Assembly: GCA_963713605.1 (NCBI GenBank)
Contig: CAVQMO010000006.1
Location: forward strand, 1 to 34,698
Source: an uncultured Nitrososphaerales archaeon
GTDB taxonomy: Archaea; Thermoproteota; Nitrososphaeria; Nitrososphaerales; Nitrososphaeraceae
DNA: 34,698 nucleotides
Direction of reading: 5' to 3'
The notes under the pieces are model-generated. The model was not told where the DNA came from. It saw nothing but the letters and a program-made list of their open reading frames with translations, and ran no database searches. The position numbers and the translations under genes were made by a program. This document shows, one piece after another, positions 23,871 through 34,034 of this stretch. Each line of letters begins with the position of its first letter. The stretch's first letter is position 1.

Positions 23871-24104
23871 ATACAGCATACTAACATGGACTTTGAGGAG
23901 GTCAAGTCTTGCATAGCGACACACCAGGAGAAGACGAAGTTGACTCCATCGCCAACTTCAATATGAATATTATTCCCAATCCGTCGTAATTACTACGGTC
24001 ATAAAGTATCTGAACCGAGGAGAAAGTAAAGAGAGAGGGAAGGAGCATTTTTTATGCGTATATACTAGCCGGAATACTTATAGTTTTATGAAGGTGCTAG
24101 GACG

Positions 24105-25589
24105 TTGAGCAAAATCCAGATTGGTAGAGGTGCTGTATATCTCTATATCGAGAACATTTCTTCCATGATTCTTGGCTACGCCTTCTGGCTCATATTGTCA
24201 AGGATGATAAGTCCTGAGACTGTAGGAATTTCTTCTTCGTATATTTCTTTTGCCATGATCTTCATTTCTATTGCATCCATCGGGGTTCCGCTTGGTGCTC
24301 AGCGCTTTTTAGGGAAAATGTTTGCAGAGAAACGATTTGAGGATGCTATGGTTTTTGTGAAGTCCTCCTTCTTCATTGTATCTTTAGGTCTATCTGCTTC
24401 CACATTGATAATTTTAGGAAGTGGTTACATATTCTTCAATCATTTCAGATTTATTTTAATTGTAGCGTCGATGGTCTTAATTGTGATATCTACAGTTAGT
24501 ATCCTTCTTCGCTCTATATTTATTGCCTCATTGAATACAAAGAAAGTTCTCTTGGCTTCAACTATTTCGTCAGCCATTAAATTAATTGTTGCTGTCATTT
24601 TGGTATCATTAGGAACAGGAGAAGTAGGCGTTCTGATTTCTTTTGCAGTTGCTCCTCTAATTACGTCAACTATCTTGGTGCTTGATCTGAGGGCTCTCCT
24701 AAAACAAGCGAGCAAAATGACCCTGGTTAGGTTCAGTGATTCTTTACGATTACTCCTGAAGTCTAGTGTAGTAAGCTGGATACCTTTATCGATTGAAGCA
24801 CTCGGAACACAGCTGGGAACAATTATAGTACTTGGAATTCAAGGTTCAACTCAAGCAGGATTCTATTTTATCGCCTTTCAAATATCAATGGGAATATCCG
24901 CAGTCATATGGGCAATAGAGGGAACGGCTTATCCTGCATTAAGTTCTATGGAGAATGGTCGGGAGAGGTTTGTGTGGCGAACAATAAAGGTCTCTTTGCT
25001 CATTTTGTTACCGATCTCTTTTGCAATAATTTTCTATTCGACTAGCATTATCCAATTATTTGGCCAAAGTTACAGTGAAGGTTCAACAGCATTGCAGATC
25101 TTGTTACTTTCGGTCGGCCCAAATGCAATTATGAATGGCATTGGAATATTGACGTATGCCTATGGCAATTATAGACATGTTTTAATAATTGGTCTTGCGT
25201 CGACGGTCCCACGACTTTTGCTTTACTTTATTCTTGTTCCAATGTTAGGTGGAACAGGTGCTGGACTTAGCTACACGCTAGGAACGATAGTTGGACTGAT
25301 TGCATCCATTGTCATTTCTAAGAAAATCGGACTGATTATACCTTGGAAAGAAGTCGCGTTGATGACAGCCGTACCATTAGTGATAGCATTTCTTTTTTCA
25401 GGTTTGAATGTGCATCCTCTGCTAGGAATAACGCTATCAATCCTGGGATCATACTTAATTTACTTAAAATTGATGTTAATCGATAGAAAAGATGTCCAGG
25501 ACTACCTGCAAATACTACCTGGAAATATCGCAAACCCTCTGAACCGTATTGTAGACAGAGTGGCTAGAAAAATAAATGGAAGGTACTGA
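24105..25589 (+). CDS. Polysaccharide flippase (Wzx/MOP superfamily)
   Basis: About 14 hydrophobic segments; ILSRMISPETVG, GVPLGAQRF, GFYFIAF, YPALS, LVPMLGGTGA. Confidence 0.9.
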   Translation: MSKIQIGRGAVYLYIENISSMILGYAFWLILSRMISPETVGISSSYISFAMIFISIASIGVPLGAQRFLGKMFAEKRFEDAMVFVKSSFFIVSLGLSASTLIILGSGYIFFNHFRFILIVASMVLIVISTVSILLRSIFIASLNTKKVLLASTISSAIKLIVAVILVSLGTGEVGVLISFAVAPLITSTILVLDLRALLKQASKMTLVRFSDSLRLLLKSSVVSWIPLSIEALGTQLGTIIVLGIQGSTQAGFYFIAFQISMGISAVIWAIEGTAYPALSSMENGRERFVWRTIKVSLLILLPISFAIIFYSTSIIQLFGQSYSEGSTALQILLLSVGPNAIMNGIGILTYAYGNYRHVLIIGLASTVPRLLLYFILVPMLGGTGAGLSYTLGTIVGLIASIVISKKIGLIIPWKEVALMTAVPLVIAFLFSGLNVHPLLGITLSILGSYLIYLKLMLIDRKDVQDYLQILPGNIANPLNRIVDRVARKINGRY

Positions 25590-25721
25590 GAATCTATTGC
25601 TTTAACTCATTTCATTAAAATATTTTAATACTTTAATAGTTTTTAAAGAAAAGAAAAAATTACAACTTCAATTGAATTCCATATAATCAAAATAAAAAAT
25701 CAGGGATTAAATAATTGTTCC
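25590..25721. terminator. Very AT-rich spacer between convergent genes; likely T-tract terminators
   Basis: Multiple T and A runs between the stops at 25589 and 25722. Confidence 0.35.
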
Positions 25722-26713
25722 CTAATTGTTGTCTCCATCATCGTTCCCGTCGTCATTATCATCGCCGTCTCCGTTTCCATCACTTCCACCGTCATCGCCG
25801 TCTTCTTCTCCACCACCATCATTTGGGGCACCAGTCATGTTTGCTCCAGTCATGTTTGCTCCAGTCATGTTTGCTCCAGTCATGTTTGCTCCAGTCATGT
25901 TTGCTCCAGTCATGTTTGCTCCAGTCATGTTTGCTCCAGTCATGTTTGCTCCAGTCATGTTTGCTCCAGTCATGTTTCCTCCAGTCATGTTTCCTCCAGT
26001 CATGTTTCCTCCAGTCATGTTTCCTCCAGTCATGTTTCCTCCAGTCATGTTTCCTCCAGTCATGTTTCCTCCAGTCATGTTTGCTCTCACTTCCACAGCT
26101 GGGAATGTACTTATATCATTTACACATACGGTCTGCAGGTTATCCCCTTCGAAGACAGGGACAAGGTTAAATGATACAGCATTTTGAACGACATTTCCTG
26201 GCCAGATTTCAAATGGGAAAGTGCTAGTAAGCACCTCTGTACCATTAACAATGCCGCGTGGCACTTTTATAAGCTCTGCCTCTGTGTCGTTGATTTCTAC
26301 GTCTCCTCCCTCATCGAAAGTAATTTCTATCATGCCTGTGCTGTTTGCACTAATCCCGAGACATTGCGCTACTGGCCCCAGTTTTACAAAGTGATTGTGC
26401 CAGACGGGATCGATTGCATCTCCGTTCTGGGCAACGCTATCTAAATAACCTGAGTGAGTGGTCGTCACGATAGCTGCGTTAGTCCCTTCGCTGGTTAATA
26501 GTCCATAGCCAAACGCCTTTCCTACTGCTTCAATTCCTTCAGGAATCTCTGCATCTGCTATAAATTCTACGTCCATCCCGGATTCGGTCAATTCGAAGAC
26601 TGTACTGTTTAGTGCAAGTAGTCTGCATCTACTGTTGCTAGAACGGATGATAGTGCGATTGATGCTGCAGTTAAAAAGGCAAGGAGTCCTGTTAGAATGA
26701 GTGCACTATTCAT
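25722..26713 (-). CDS. Secreted protein: His-containing domain, 17x (G[GA]NMT) repeat, acidic Asp/Gly tail
   Basis: ATG 26713 gives signal peptide MNSALILTGLLAFLTAASIALSSVLA, joined to ORF 25722..26591 by a frameshift near 26620; motifs AFGYG, TTHSGYLDS, WHNHFVKL. Confidence 0.85.
25831..26085. repeat. 15-bp coding tandem repeat x17 (CCAGTCATGTTT[G/C]CT)
   Basis: On the + strand: 9 GCT units, 7 CCT units, 1 GCT unit. Confidence 0.98.
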
Positions 26714-26736
26714 CGAACCTCATATACTGGAGGTTA

Positions 26737-26746
26737 GTATATAAGT
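26737..26746 (-). promoter_or_regulatory. TATA box (ACTTATATAC) of the GNMT-repeat gene
   Basis: About 24 nt upstream of ATG 26713; the same 10-mer lies upstream of the peptide gene at 32503-32512. Confidence 0.6.
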
Positions 26747-27164
26747 ATATTCTAGAGTCAAGTGTCATATTAAATGCCATCATTAGAAATTCGGATACTG
26801 CATCTTTCTGGTCTTATCATATATTCATAAAATAGGACTTTGCGAAGATAAGTGGAGTGTCCTGCACTATACCACTGTTTAATGATTTGGTCTAATGTTT
26901 TAGTTCAATAAAGCTTTGTGTATGCCAGATAATATGGGATCGTGAGAACCCCTTCCAAACTGAACCTCAAGTCAAGTCAGATTAATGGTTTAAGACCAAT
27001 TTATGAATAAGACAGGTTTACTTTGACTTAATCTTTTCAGCTTCAATAAATTTAGATAGATAGGTAATCGAGTGAGGGGCCTAACCAGTTGGCCTTGTGT
27101 CAGAGGTAATATATATGAAGGTCTCCAAGCTGACAAAAAGGGTCAGTTGTACTTCCGGACATTA

Positions 27165-28517
27165 ATGATTGTGATAACTTCGATCTGCTTAATCCTATTA
27201 TTATCAGTAGCTGGTTTGCTATCTTACGAAATCTTGTCAGCCTCTGAAAAAGAAGGAGGAAGTAAAAACGACCATAAACAATTAGAGCCATGGGTACGAG
27301 ATCCTAACCTGAAAGTAGAAGGACTGCAGTCCCCTGCTAGCTTCGCATTCTTGGCTTGAATGACATACTGGTTTTAGAAAGATATGATGGAAAAATTCAT
27401 AGAATTATGAATGGAACCCTTGTAAATGAACCATTGTTTGACCTCGCTGTATCAAATAAATTTGAAAGAGGTTTGTTAGGAATTGCAGTAGACGAAAGTG
27501 ATGACGAGAATAAACCAAGATACGTTTTTTTGTACTATACCGAGTCTCCTACTGATGAAGATGGCACAGATATTTGCCCCGTCAGTTATGATTGTGAATC
27601 AGGAAACGATCCATTAGGAAATAGACTATATAGATATGAACTCCAAAATAATAGCCAGCTCGTAAACCCTAAACTACTCTTAGATCTACCCTCCACGCCA
27701 GGTCCTAGTCATAATGGGGGTAAAGTGGTGATAGGTCCAGATAATTATATATATGTGAATATCGGTGACGTTCTTGGTTACAGAAACGATTCAACTAAGA
27801 GTAAAGTTCTGAACTTTGTGAATGGACTAGTGCTGATGGTAGAAGTGGTATTTTAAGGATATCCTATGATGGCAAAGTGGTAGGCGATGGCATTCTTGGC
27901 ACAAGCTATCCTCTAAACCTGTACTATGCTTATGGAATAAGAAATAGCTTATGGGATTGATTTTGATCCCCTAACAGGTAACTTATGGGATACAGAAAAT
28001 GGACCAGATTACGGTGATGAAATAAACCTTGTAGAACCAGGATTTAACAGTGGGTGGAATAAAGTCCAAGGTATTTGGAAACCATTCTATAATGAGACAA
28101 GGGGAGGAGATTTTATCGCGGGCCATGAATTAGGAGCAAATTATGAGGACAGTCTGGAGATTTTCGGAGGAAAAGGCAATTATAGCAGTCCAGAATTCAT
28201 TTGGTACAACACTGTCGCTCCAACTGGACTCACATTTTTCAATTCAAGCAAATTTGGGAAAGAGTATGAAAACGATATGTTTGTGGGAGACTACAAAAAC
28301 GGTAATCTTTATAAATTCGATTTAAATAAAAACAGGACGGGACTGTTGCTTTTTGCGGCTCTTAAAGACGGCATAGTGGATACTTCAAATGAATTCAAAT
28401 CCGTCACTTTTCGGAGAAGGGTTTGGTGGAATTACAGATTTGAAGCTTGGGCCTGATGGATATCTATATGTCCTTTCAATTGGAAACGGAGCTTTGTACA
28501 GAATCGCTCCTAAATAG
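27165..28517 (+). CDS. Secreted PQQ-dependent glucose/sorbosone dehydrogenase, paralogue 2, several frameshifts
   Basis: Signal/anchor helix, DPNLKVE, ERGLLG, HNGGKVVIGPD, YAYGIRNS, LWDTENGP, GITDLKLGPDGYLY...RIAPK TAG 28517. Confidence 0.9.
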
Positions 28518-28791
28518 GCACTCCCTCTGCTGATCAAGTTGCTTCCTACTACCAGGTTCTTCACCTAGACCGTCGCTGATTGACTGGGCAACTGGTACGA
28601 GCGAAAGAATTACTCGCTTGATGATAATGGCTTGATTTGGAGAAACCAACCGGCCATAACAATTCGACATTTTCCTCCGTGAAACCATTTTCCGTGTCTA
28701 CTATAAACATGAGGTCAATATTAATTTATAATACTCTATCTCTGCAACCGCGAATAACAAAAATGATAGATCGATTTTCCTTGTAGAAAAT

Positions 28792-29695
28792 TTACCTCAA
28801 TCTGTCACTAACCATAAGTTTCATGGCATATATGAGGGTAGCTGTTACGAGCATTATTATTCCAATTATTGCAGTTCCTAACGATAAGACAATCAATGGT
28901 GTAGATACGTATCTTGTTTCTCCAAATAGTTCTACTGGATTATTCATTAGTGAAGCAGAAATTATGATTAACGCTAAACCGGGCAAGCCAAAGAAAAGGA
29001 GTGGATGTTTAATGATTACAAACTGTATAACAGTATGGAGTACGCTCACACCATGAGACAACGCATTATGAGTAGATGTACTTTCTATATCATAATTTAC
29101 TTTTATCGGGACTTCAGTCACAGTGAGATTACATCGTTTTGCTTTGATCAGCAGTTCTGAAGAGATAGACATTCCTTTCTCATCCAGTTTAATTTTTCTT
29201 ATGGCATTCTTGCTGTAGGCTCTGAAGCCACTCTGAGCATCGGTGATATCATCATAAGATAACAAACGAGTAACTAAAGTAATAATCCCGATCCCTATCC
29301 TTCTGTACATAGGTACACGTCCTCTGTCTTCAGGGGTCAAAAACCTGGAACCTATTACTATGTCGATACCGTTTGTCAATATTGGGTCTGCAACTGCAGG
29401 GATCTGATCGGGATCGTGTTGTCCGTCGGAGTCGAGAGTCACAATAATGTCTGCATTCATTGTTTTTGCTGCCTTCAAACAATGTCACAATAGCAGCACC
29501 ATAACCCATGTTTTTGTCATGTCTAATTACAATAGCGCCGGCTTCTTCCGCTACCTGGGCAGTACTATCAGATGAACCATCATCACAAACCAATACTTCA
29601 GATGCATATGCTTTTGCTTTGGATACTATAAGTCCAATAGCCTTGCTTTCATTGAAGGCAGGAACACAGACGATAACTTTTTTCCGTATCGACAT
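28792..29695 (-). CDS. GT2 polyprenol-phosphate glycosyltransferase (DPM1-like) with two C-terminal TM helices, frameshifted near 29480
   Basis: VPAFNE, DDGSSD, NMGYGAA, TLDSDGQH, IGSRF, TDAQSGFRA. Confidence 0.9.
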
Positions 29696-29808
29696 ATCTC
29701 TTATCTCACTGCTGAACGTTCGGACACCGTTGAAGGAATTCAATTTTTCACTTAGTTACTCATTGAGATTTGGAATGAGTATAAATTATTTGTGTTACGT
29801 CATAACTT

Positions 29809-29917
29809 GAAGCTTCGGCAGCAGCCGCAGCTTCTGGCGGTAACGCTGGTAGCAGCAGCATCAGGTGGCAGCGGCAGTAACAGGCAGCAGTAGCGACTGT
29901 AGCAGCTGCTTCAGCAA
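29809..29917. other. GC-rich (GCA)n-type low-complexity island, probably a remnant of an Ala/Ser/Gly-rich coding sequence
   Basis: Reads ASAAAAASGGNA..AAASGGSGS..AAVATVAAASA on + across frameshifts; no start or stop context; AT-rich flanks. Confidence 0.4.
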
Positions 29918-30094
29918 CAAGGGGATATTGGTATTATGTGTGTTTGTTACCAGTAATAGTCTAAGGACGAAGTCATATAACGGCAAAACTATTTACAGTC
30001 ACTTTTTAAGTGATATTACTAAATAATCTATTTCTTTAGGTTTCATCCATCCCCTTTCCCGAAATTATTAATGCAAGTTCTGTTCTCCTATCTT

Positions 30095-30849
30095 TAATGT
30101 TTCTCTAGGATTTTCTATCCCTATATTAGTTGAATCCACCCCCCCTTCTTTGATATTCCTTCCTTGATCTTCTTCGCTCCATCAATACTATCTTTCTACA
30201 GCTCTGCAAAGAGTGATGTGAAGTGAGCGATATACAATGGCTTATTGCTAATTAGCAGGCTTTGGACTTTTTTTCCTCCATGCATTTTTTCTATTGTCTG
30301 CGGCAACTTCTTTATCTGATACACCAAAGCTCATTGGGGGCAAGTTCATTACATGTCTAATCTGTATGCCAGCATCAAGTAGTACTTTGTCTAATTTGGC
30401 GTTACCCCTGTTACTTTTTCTTTTGTACCTTCGTGACCTCCCTTCTCCTGTTTTTCAAATAATTTCTTCTCAAAAAAATGGTTGTAGCTATACTGTAATC
30501 CGCTAGAATTTATACATAAGTTTAGTCTATTTTACTCTGCAGTTAGGCGGCTTGGTCTCAGAATCACTTATGTGGAAATTTCCTTAATCCTTCTCCAGAT
30601 GACGTAACTCTGTCATGAGGCCGTTAAACTTTTCATTAGTAATCTCAGTTACATACTAAAGTCGTACTTCGGTCTTCATAGATCCGCACCGCCCGCTCTC
30701 TAGACATGGGATTTTGATGTCCAATAATTGCCTTGACTAATCAAGGCATGCTCCAATTTCTGTCCCTGTACCCTAAGAGAATGCAACACCTTTTCGTTTT
30801 CCTTCTGTCCTACGTTATTTTTCTTTTTTAAATTAATTAAATCTTTCAT
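30095..30849 (-). pseudogene. Decayed N-terminal sensor region of a Nitrososphaera-type histidine kinase (kinase core absent)
   Basis: Successive fragments: IGACLD*SR, *YVTEITNE, ELRHLE..GNFHISD, GLQYSYNHF, LLDAGIQIRHVMNLPPMSFGVSDKEVAA, IEKMHGGKKVQSLLISNKPLYIAHFTSLFAEL*KDSIDG, IKEG.DSTNIGIENPRE. In-frame stops and deletions present. Family assignment is from recall, not a search. Confidence 0.7.
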
Positions 30850-30915
30850 CTCAGTTGATTCGTACAAATTAGTTTGAGGGCCCTTGATCGAATTGCCAAA
30901 GTTACTGAGAATCAA

Positions 30916-32274
30916 TCATACCTCTTCTTCCTCTTTTTCTACTTCCTTTACATAATTCTTGATATCCTCTTCACTAAGAGACGTTTCTATTCCAATGTCT
31001 TTGATAATTGTCTCTTGCTGCTGTTTGGCCTTGTCTATGACCGTATTGATTATTACCTTTTCTCGTTCCCCTGCAGATGTCCCGATACTATGCAAAAACT
31101 TTGACTCCGACAAAGTAGACCTCTTGATCATGTTTCGCAACTGTTCATCCTGCGAAACCGATAAAGCTGACAGGTAAAGTCCCAGAAGTATCAAATATGA
31201 GCCCAGACCGTAGGATGAAATTGTCGCAAATCCGAAAGGAGGATAGACTGTCGTAATCACGCTGCCCTGACTCCCGCTGAAAAAAAGCATAAAGCCAAAG
31301 CCTGCCATGAGTAGATAATCTCGGAATACTTGGTTGCCGCTAAAGTTCTCCGACGTAAATCTAAAGGCAAGATAAAAAAGAATTCCACCAAAAGTTGCAT
31401 TTAAGGATCCTAGCCCATAGAAAATCAGAGATTCCAATTCCTCATGTGGTTCATAGATATGGAAATGATAAATAATTATCAGCGAAAAATATGCTACGGG
31501 AAGACTGAGTAAGAACCAATACTTCACTCTTCCGATCTTGTGAGAATAATGGTACAAAATTAGAGCAGTCCCACCCCACTTTAGGAAGAAAGAGGCAATA
31601 TCACTATATTGATAAATTTTACTAAGAATCTTCCAATTGGATCCCTCTTCAGCCTGAAGATAATAAACATCTGAGGTAGGAAAAATACTAGCAGGCATTT
31701 GTTCACTGAAGACATATATCCATACTGCCAAGAGAGCGATAGATGCAATTACAACTGTCGCAAATGATAAACCGTATAACAATACCAAAATAGAAGACCG
31801 GTTACCTTTATACCAAGACAGAAAGATCACCGTAAATATTCCCATCAATAAGATACTTAGCGAGTAACTTACAAATGTTACCAGCAGAGAGGAGATTGAA
31901 GAATAACTTTCTGTTAGGACTATTTCCATCATGACATAAACGAATAGGATTATTATAAAATACTGAGATACCGTTACTCCAATGTGCATTCGTCTGATGT
32001 GCCTAACTTTTGACCTAACTGTAAGACTTGTTCTGCTAACAAATTGTAGAATAAAGAGCTGGCAAACGATGGTAATAACCCCTAAAACCACAAAAAGGAT
32101 AACGCCACCGGATGAAGATATCGGGATACCAAGTCCGGAACTGAGCTGATTGATAATAGTATCTAAAGAAAGAATTGCGATAAGCAGATAAATTAAAATA
32201 TTAAGCTTCTTGGCGCCAAAGTCGCTGGCTTTATAAAACTTATGATAAAAAAATTTTAAATGCTCTTGTGACAC
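30916..32274 (-). CDS. ~10-TM membrane protein with cytoplasmic helical tail (putative peptide receptor A)
   Basis: About ten hydrophobic helices; YPPFGFAT, SVSQDEQLRNMI, KFLHSIG, SLSEEDIKNYVKEV; paralogue of 32679..34026. Confidence 0.85.
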   Translation of the reverse strand: MSQEHLKFFYHKFYKASDFGAKKLNILIYLLIAILSLDTIINQLSSGLGIPISSSGGVILFVVLGVITIVCQLFILQFVSRTSLTVRSKVRHIRRMHIGVTVSQYFIIILFVYVMMEIVLTESYSSISSLLVTFVSYSLSILLMGIFTVIFLSWYKGNRSSILVLLYGLSFATVVIASIALLAVWIYVFSEQMPASIFPTSDVYYLQAEEGSNWKILSKIYQYSDIASFFLKWGGTALILYHYSHKIGRVKYWFLLSLPVAYFSLIIIYHFHIYEPHEELESLIFYGLGSLNATFGGILFYLAFRFTSENFSGNQVFRDYLLMAGFGFMLFFSGSQGSVITTVYPPFGFATISSYGLGSYLILLGLYLSALSVSQDEQLRNMIKRSTLSESKFLHSIGTSAGEREKVIINTVIDKAKQQQETIIKDIGIETSLSEEDIKNYVKEVEKEEEEV

Positions 32275-32299
32275 AAGCTTAGCTTACTCAAAGGCTAGT

Positions 32300-32481
32300 C
32301 TATGGTGGGTTCAAAACTCCCGAGATATTTCCAGAACCAGTATCTGTCCAATTTCCTGTCTGGTTCCCTGTCGCGTTCCTTGTGCCGAAACCTCCGTGAT
32401 CAGAGGCACTGCTGGTACTGCAAACCCAATCGAGATGAATGCTACCATGACTACTAGTGCCATCATTGTTATCTTCCCCAT
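32300..32481 (-). CDS. Small secreted peptide A, 60 aa (MGKITMMALVVMVAFISIGFAVPAVPLITEVSAQGNATGNQTGNWTDTGSGNISGVLNPP)
   Basis: Not in ORF track. Signal peptide ending VSA|Q. Needs +1 nt at TT 32376-32377; uncorrected it is a 56-aa ORF ending at 32311. TATA at 32504-32510; stop lies 25 nt before receptor A. Confidence 0.75.
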
Positions 32482-32502
32482 GAATCTAAAACTTTGCTTG
32501 AG

Positions 32503-32512
32503 GTATATAAGT
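32503..32512 (-). promoter_or_regulatory. TATA box of the peptide A/receptor A unit
   Basis: ACTTATATAC about 22 nt upstream of ATG 32481, consistent with a leaderless archaeal transcript. Confidence 0.65.
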
Positions 32513-32678
32513 AAATCGCCGGGTATTGTCTACTCTGCAATCGATAATAGATCGCACATCTCCCACAACAAAAGGTTTGGTTTAATGTATAATAATAAGC
32601 ATGCAACGATTTGTTCAATTGCTAGATCCTAGACTTAAACTCGGACTGGAAGAGTGACATAAAAATGCGTCTCCCAGT

Positions 32679-34026
32679 CTACGATGAAGATTTGTGTTTG
32701 TCAACTTCTTGCAAGACCTCAAGAAGATATTGCTTTATGTCCTGTTCCTGAATTGAAAGATTGTACACCGGACTTCTTTTCTAACTCCATTCTTTGTTCT
32801 TTTACCACTTGTTCTAAATCTGATGCCTTTGACTGAACCTGCTTCTCCAGCTGAGCGTGTCCAATGGCGGCTAGAAAACTTGAATCCTTTCTCGTCAAAT
32901 CTTTGATGTATTGTCGCAGTCTAACATCCTGTGATATGGAAGATGCCGCCGCATACAATCCTATTATTATCATGTACGATGAAAGAGTCAGCATAGCATA
33001 AGTGGCAAAGCCAAATGGTGGGTAAGCCGCTACCGAAACTTGGCCGACAGTTGCTATAGAGAGCAGGACAAAACCGTATGAGCAAATCACGAGATAATTG
33101 CTAACAGATTTGTTCGGTCTCATTGTCCTGGATATGCTCCAAAATAGAAATCCAAGTAGAGCTCCTCCGACTATGCCATTTAATGAAGAATATACATAAT
33201 AGTTAAAGAGATCCGTTTCTGATTCTGGGGTATAGATCCCCAAAGTGTCTAACAGAATGCTTACGTAGTATAAAGAGGGTAACAAAACCAGTGTCCAGAA
33301 TTTGGCACGTCCAACTTTACTTGAATAGTGACGTAACATTATGGCCGAACCCACTAGCAGTAATAGAAAACTTGCTGTAGCAGCATACTTGTATATATTG
33401 AACAGCAACATCTCTATACTTCCTGGCTCATATGTGTCTGAAGAGTACACCACTTCTGATTGAGGAGTTATAACTTGATCCTTTTCCATCAGTCCAGACA
33501 TATCTCTTATCATTGAGTACATGAATGCATAGACGTTAATAGAAAAGGCCAAGGCGAAAATCAGCACCACATAGGAGCTCCTATTAAATCGGTACCACAA
33601 AATTAACATGTATGATGAAACTACCATAACACCTGCTGCTACAGTGGGGCTTATAGTTGTCGTCACTACTAGCAGTATCAGATTATATTCTGAGAATAAG
33701 AGAATTTCGGTAAGCAATATTAGGAGTATTACTATAAGCACCACTCCAGTTGCCAACGAAACAATATGTAGAATTCGCAAGTGTATTGAATTGGCACGAA
33801 TGTTAGCAGTCGTATTTGTAATGAAGCGATAAAGTGCGAGAGAACCCAGGATAAAGACGGTCGATATACAAACAAATAATGAGATGCCAAAGGAGGAGGT
33901 ATTCTGTTCTACAAGGAAATCACTGACATAACCAATCACTGAGTCCAGGCTTAAGAAAAATATCGTTGTGGCAAATATAACGAAAAAAATAGGTATCCCT
34001 GACCGATCATGCGGCAGGAGTCGCAT
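32679..34026 (-). CDS. ~10-TM membrane protein with cytoplasmic helical tail (putative peptide receptor B)
   Basis: Same motifs as receptor A (YPPFGFAT, SISQDVRLRQYI, FLAAIG). Removing 1 nt near 32757 restores the C-terminus SSIQEQDIKQYLLEVLQEVDKHKSSS (TAG 32679), matching the paralogue. Confidence 0.85.
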
Positions 34027-34034
34027 TAGTTAGC

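Noticed and set aside
25831..26085. Pentapeptide-repeat (Qnr/MfpA-like) beta-helix
   Set aside because: GANMT loosely fits A(D/N)LXX, but the GG variant, identical codons, secreted context and N-x-T sequons fit a glycosylated linker better; not fully excluded.
25715..26187. Plus-strand ORFs with (QSCLL)n and (PVMFA)n repeats
   Set aside because: Antisense shadows of the GNMT-repeat gene, open only because the repeat has no stop codons.
32396..32632. 78-aa plus-strand ORF
   Set aside because: Antisense to peptide A and its promoter; no recognisable features.
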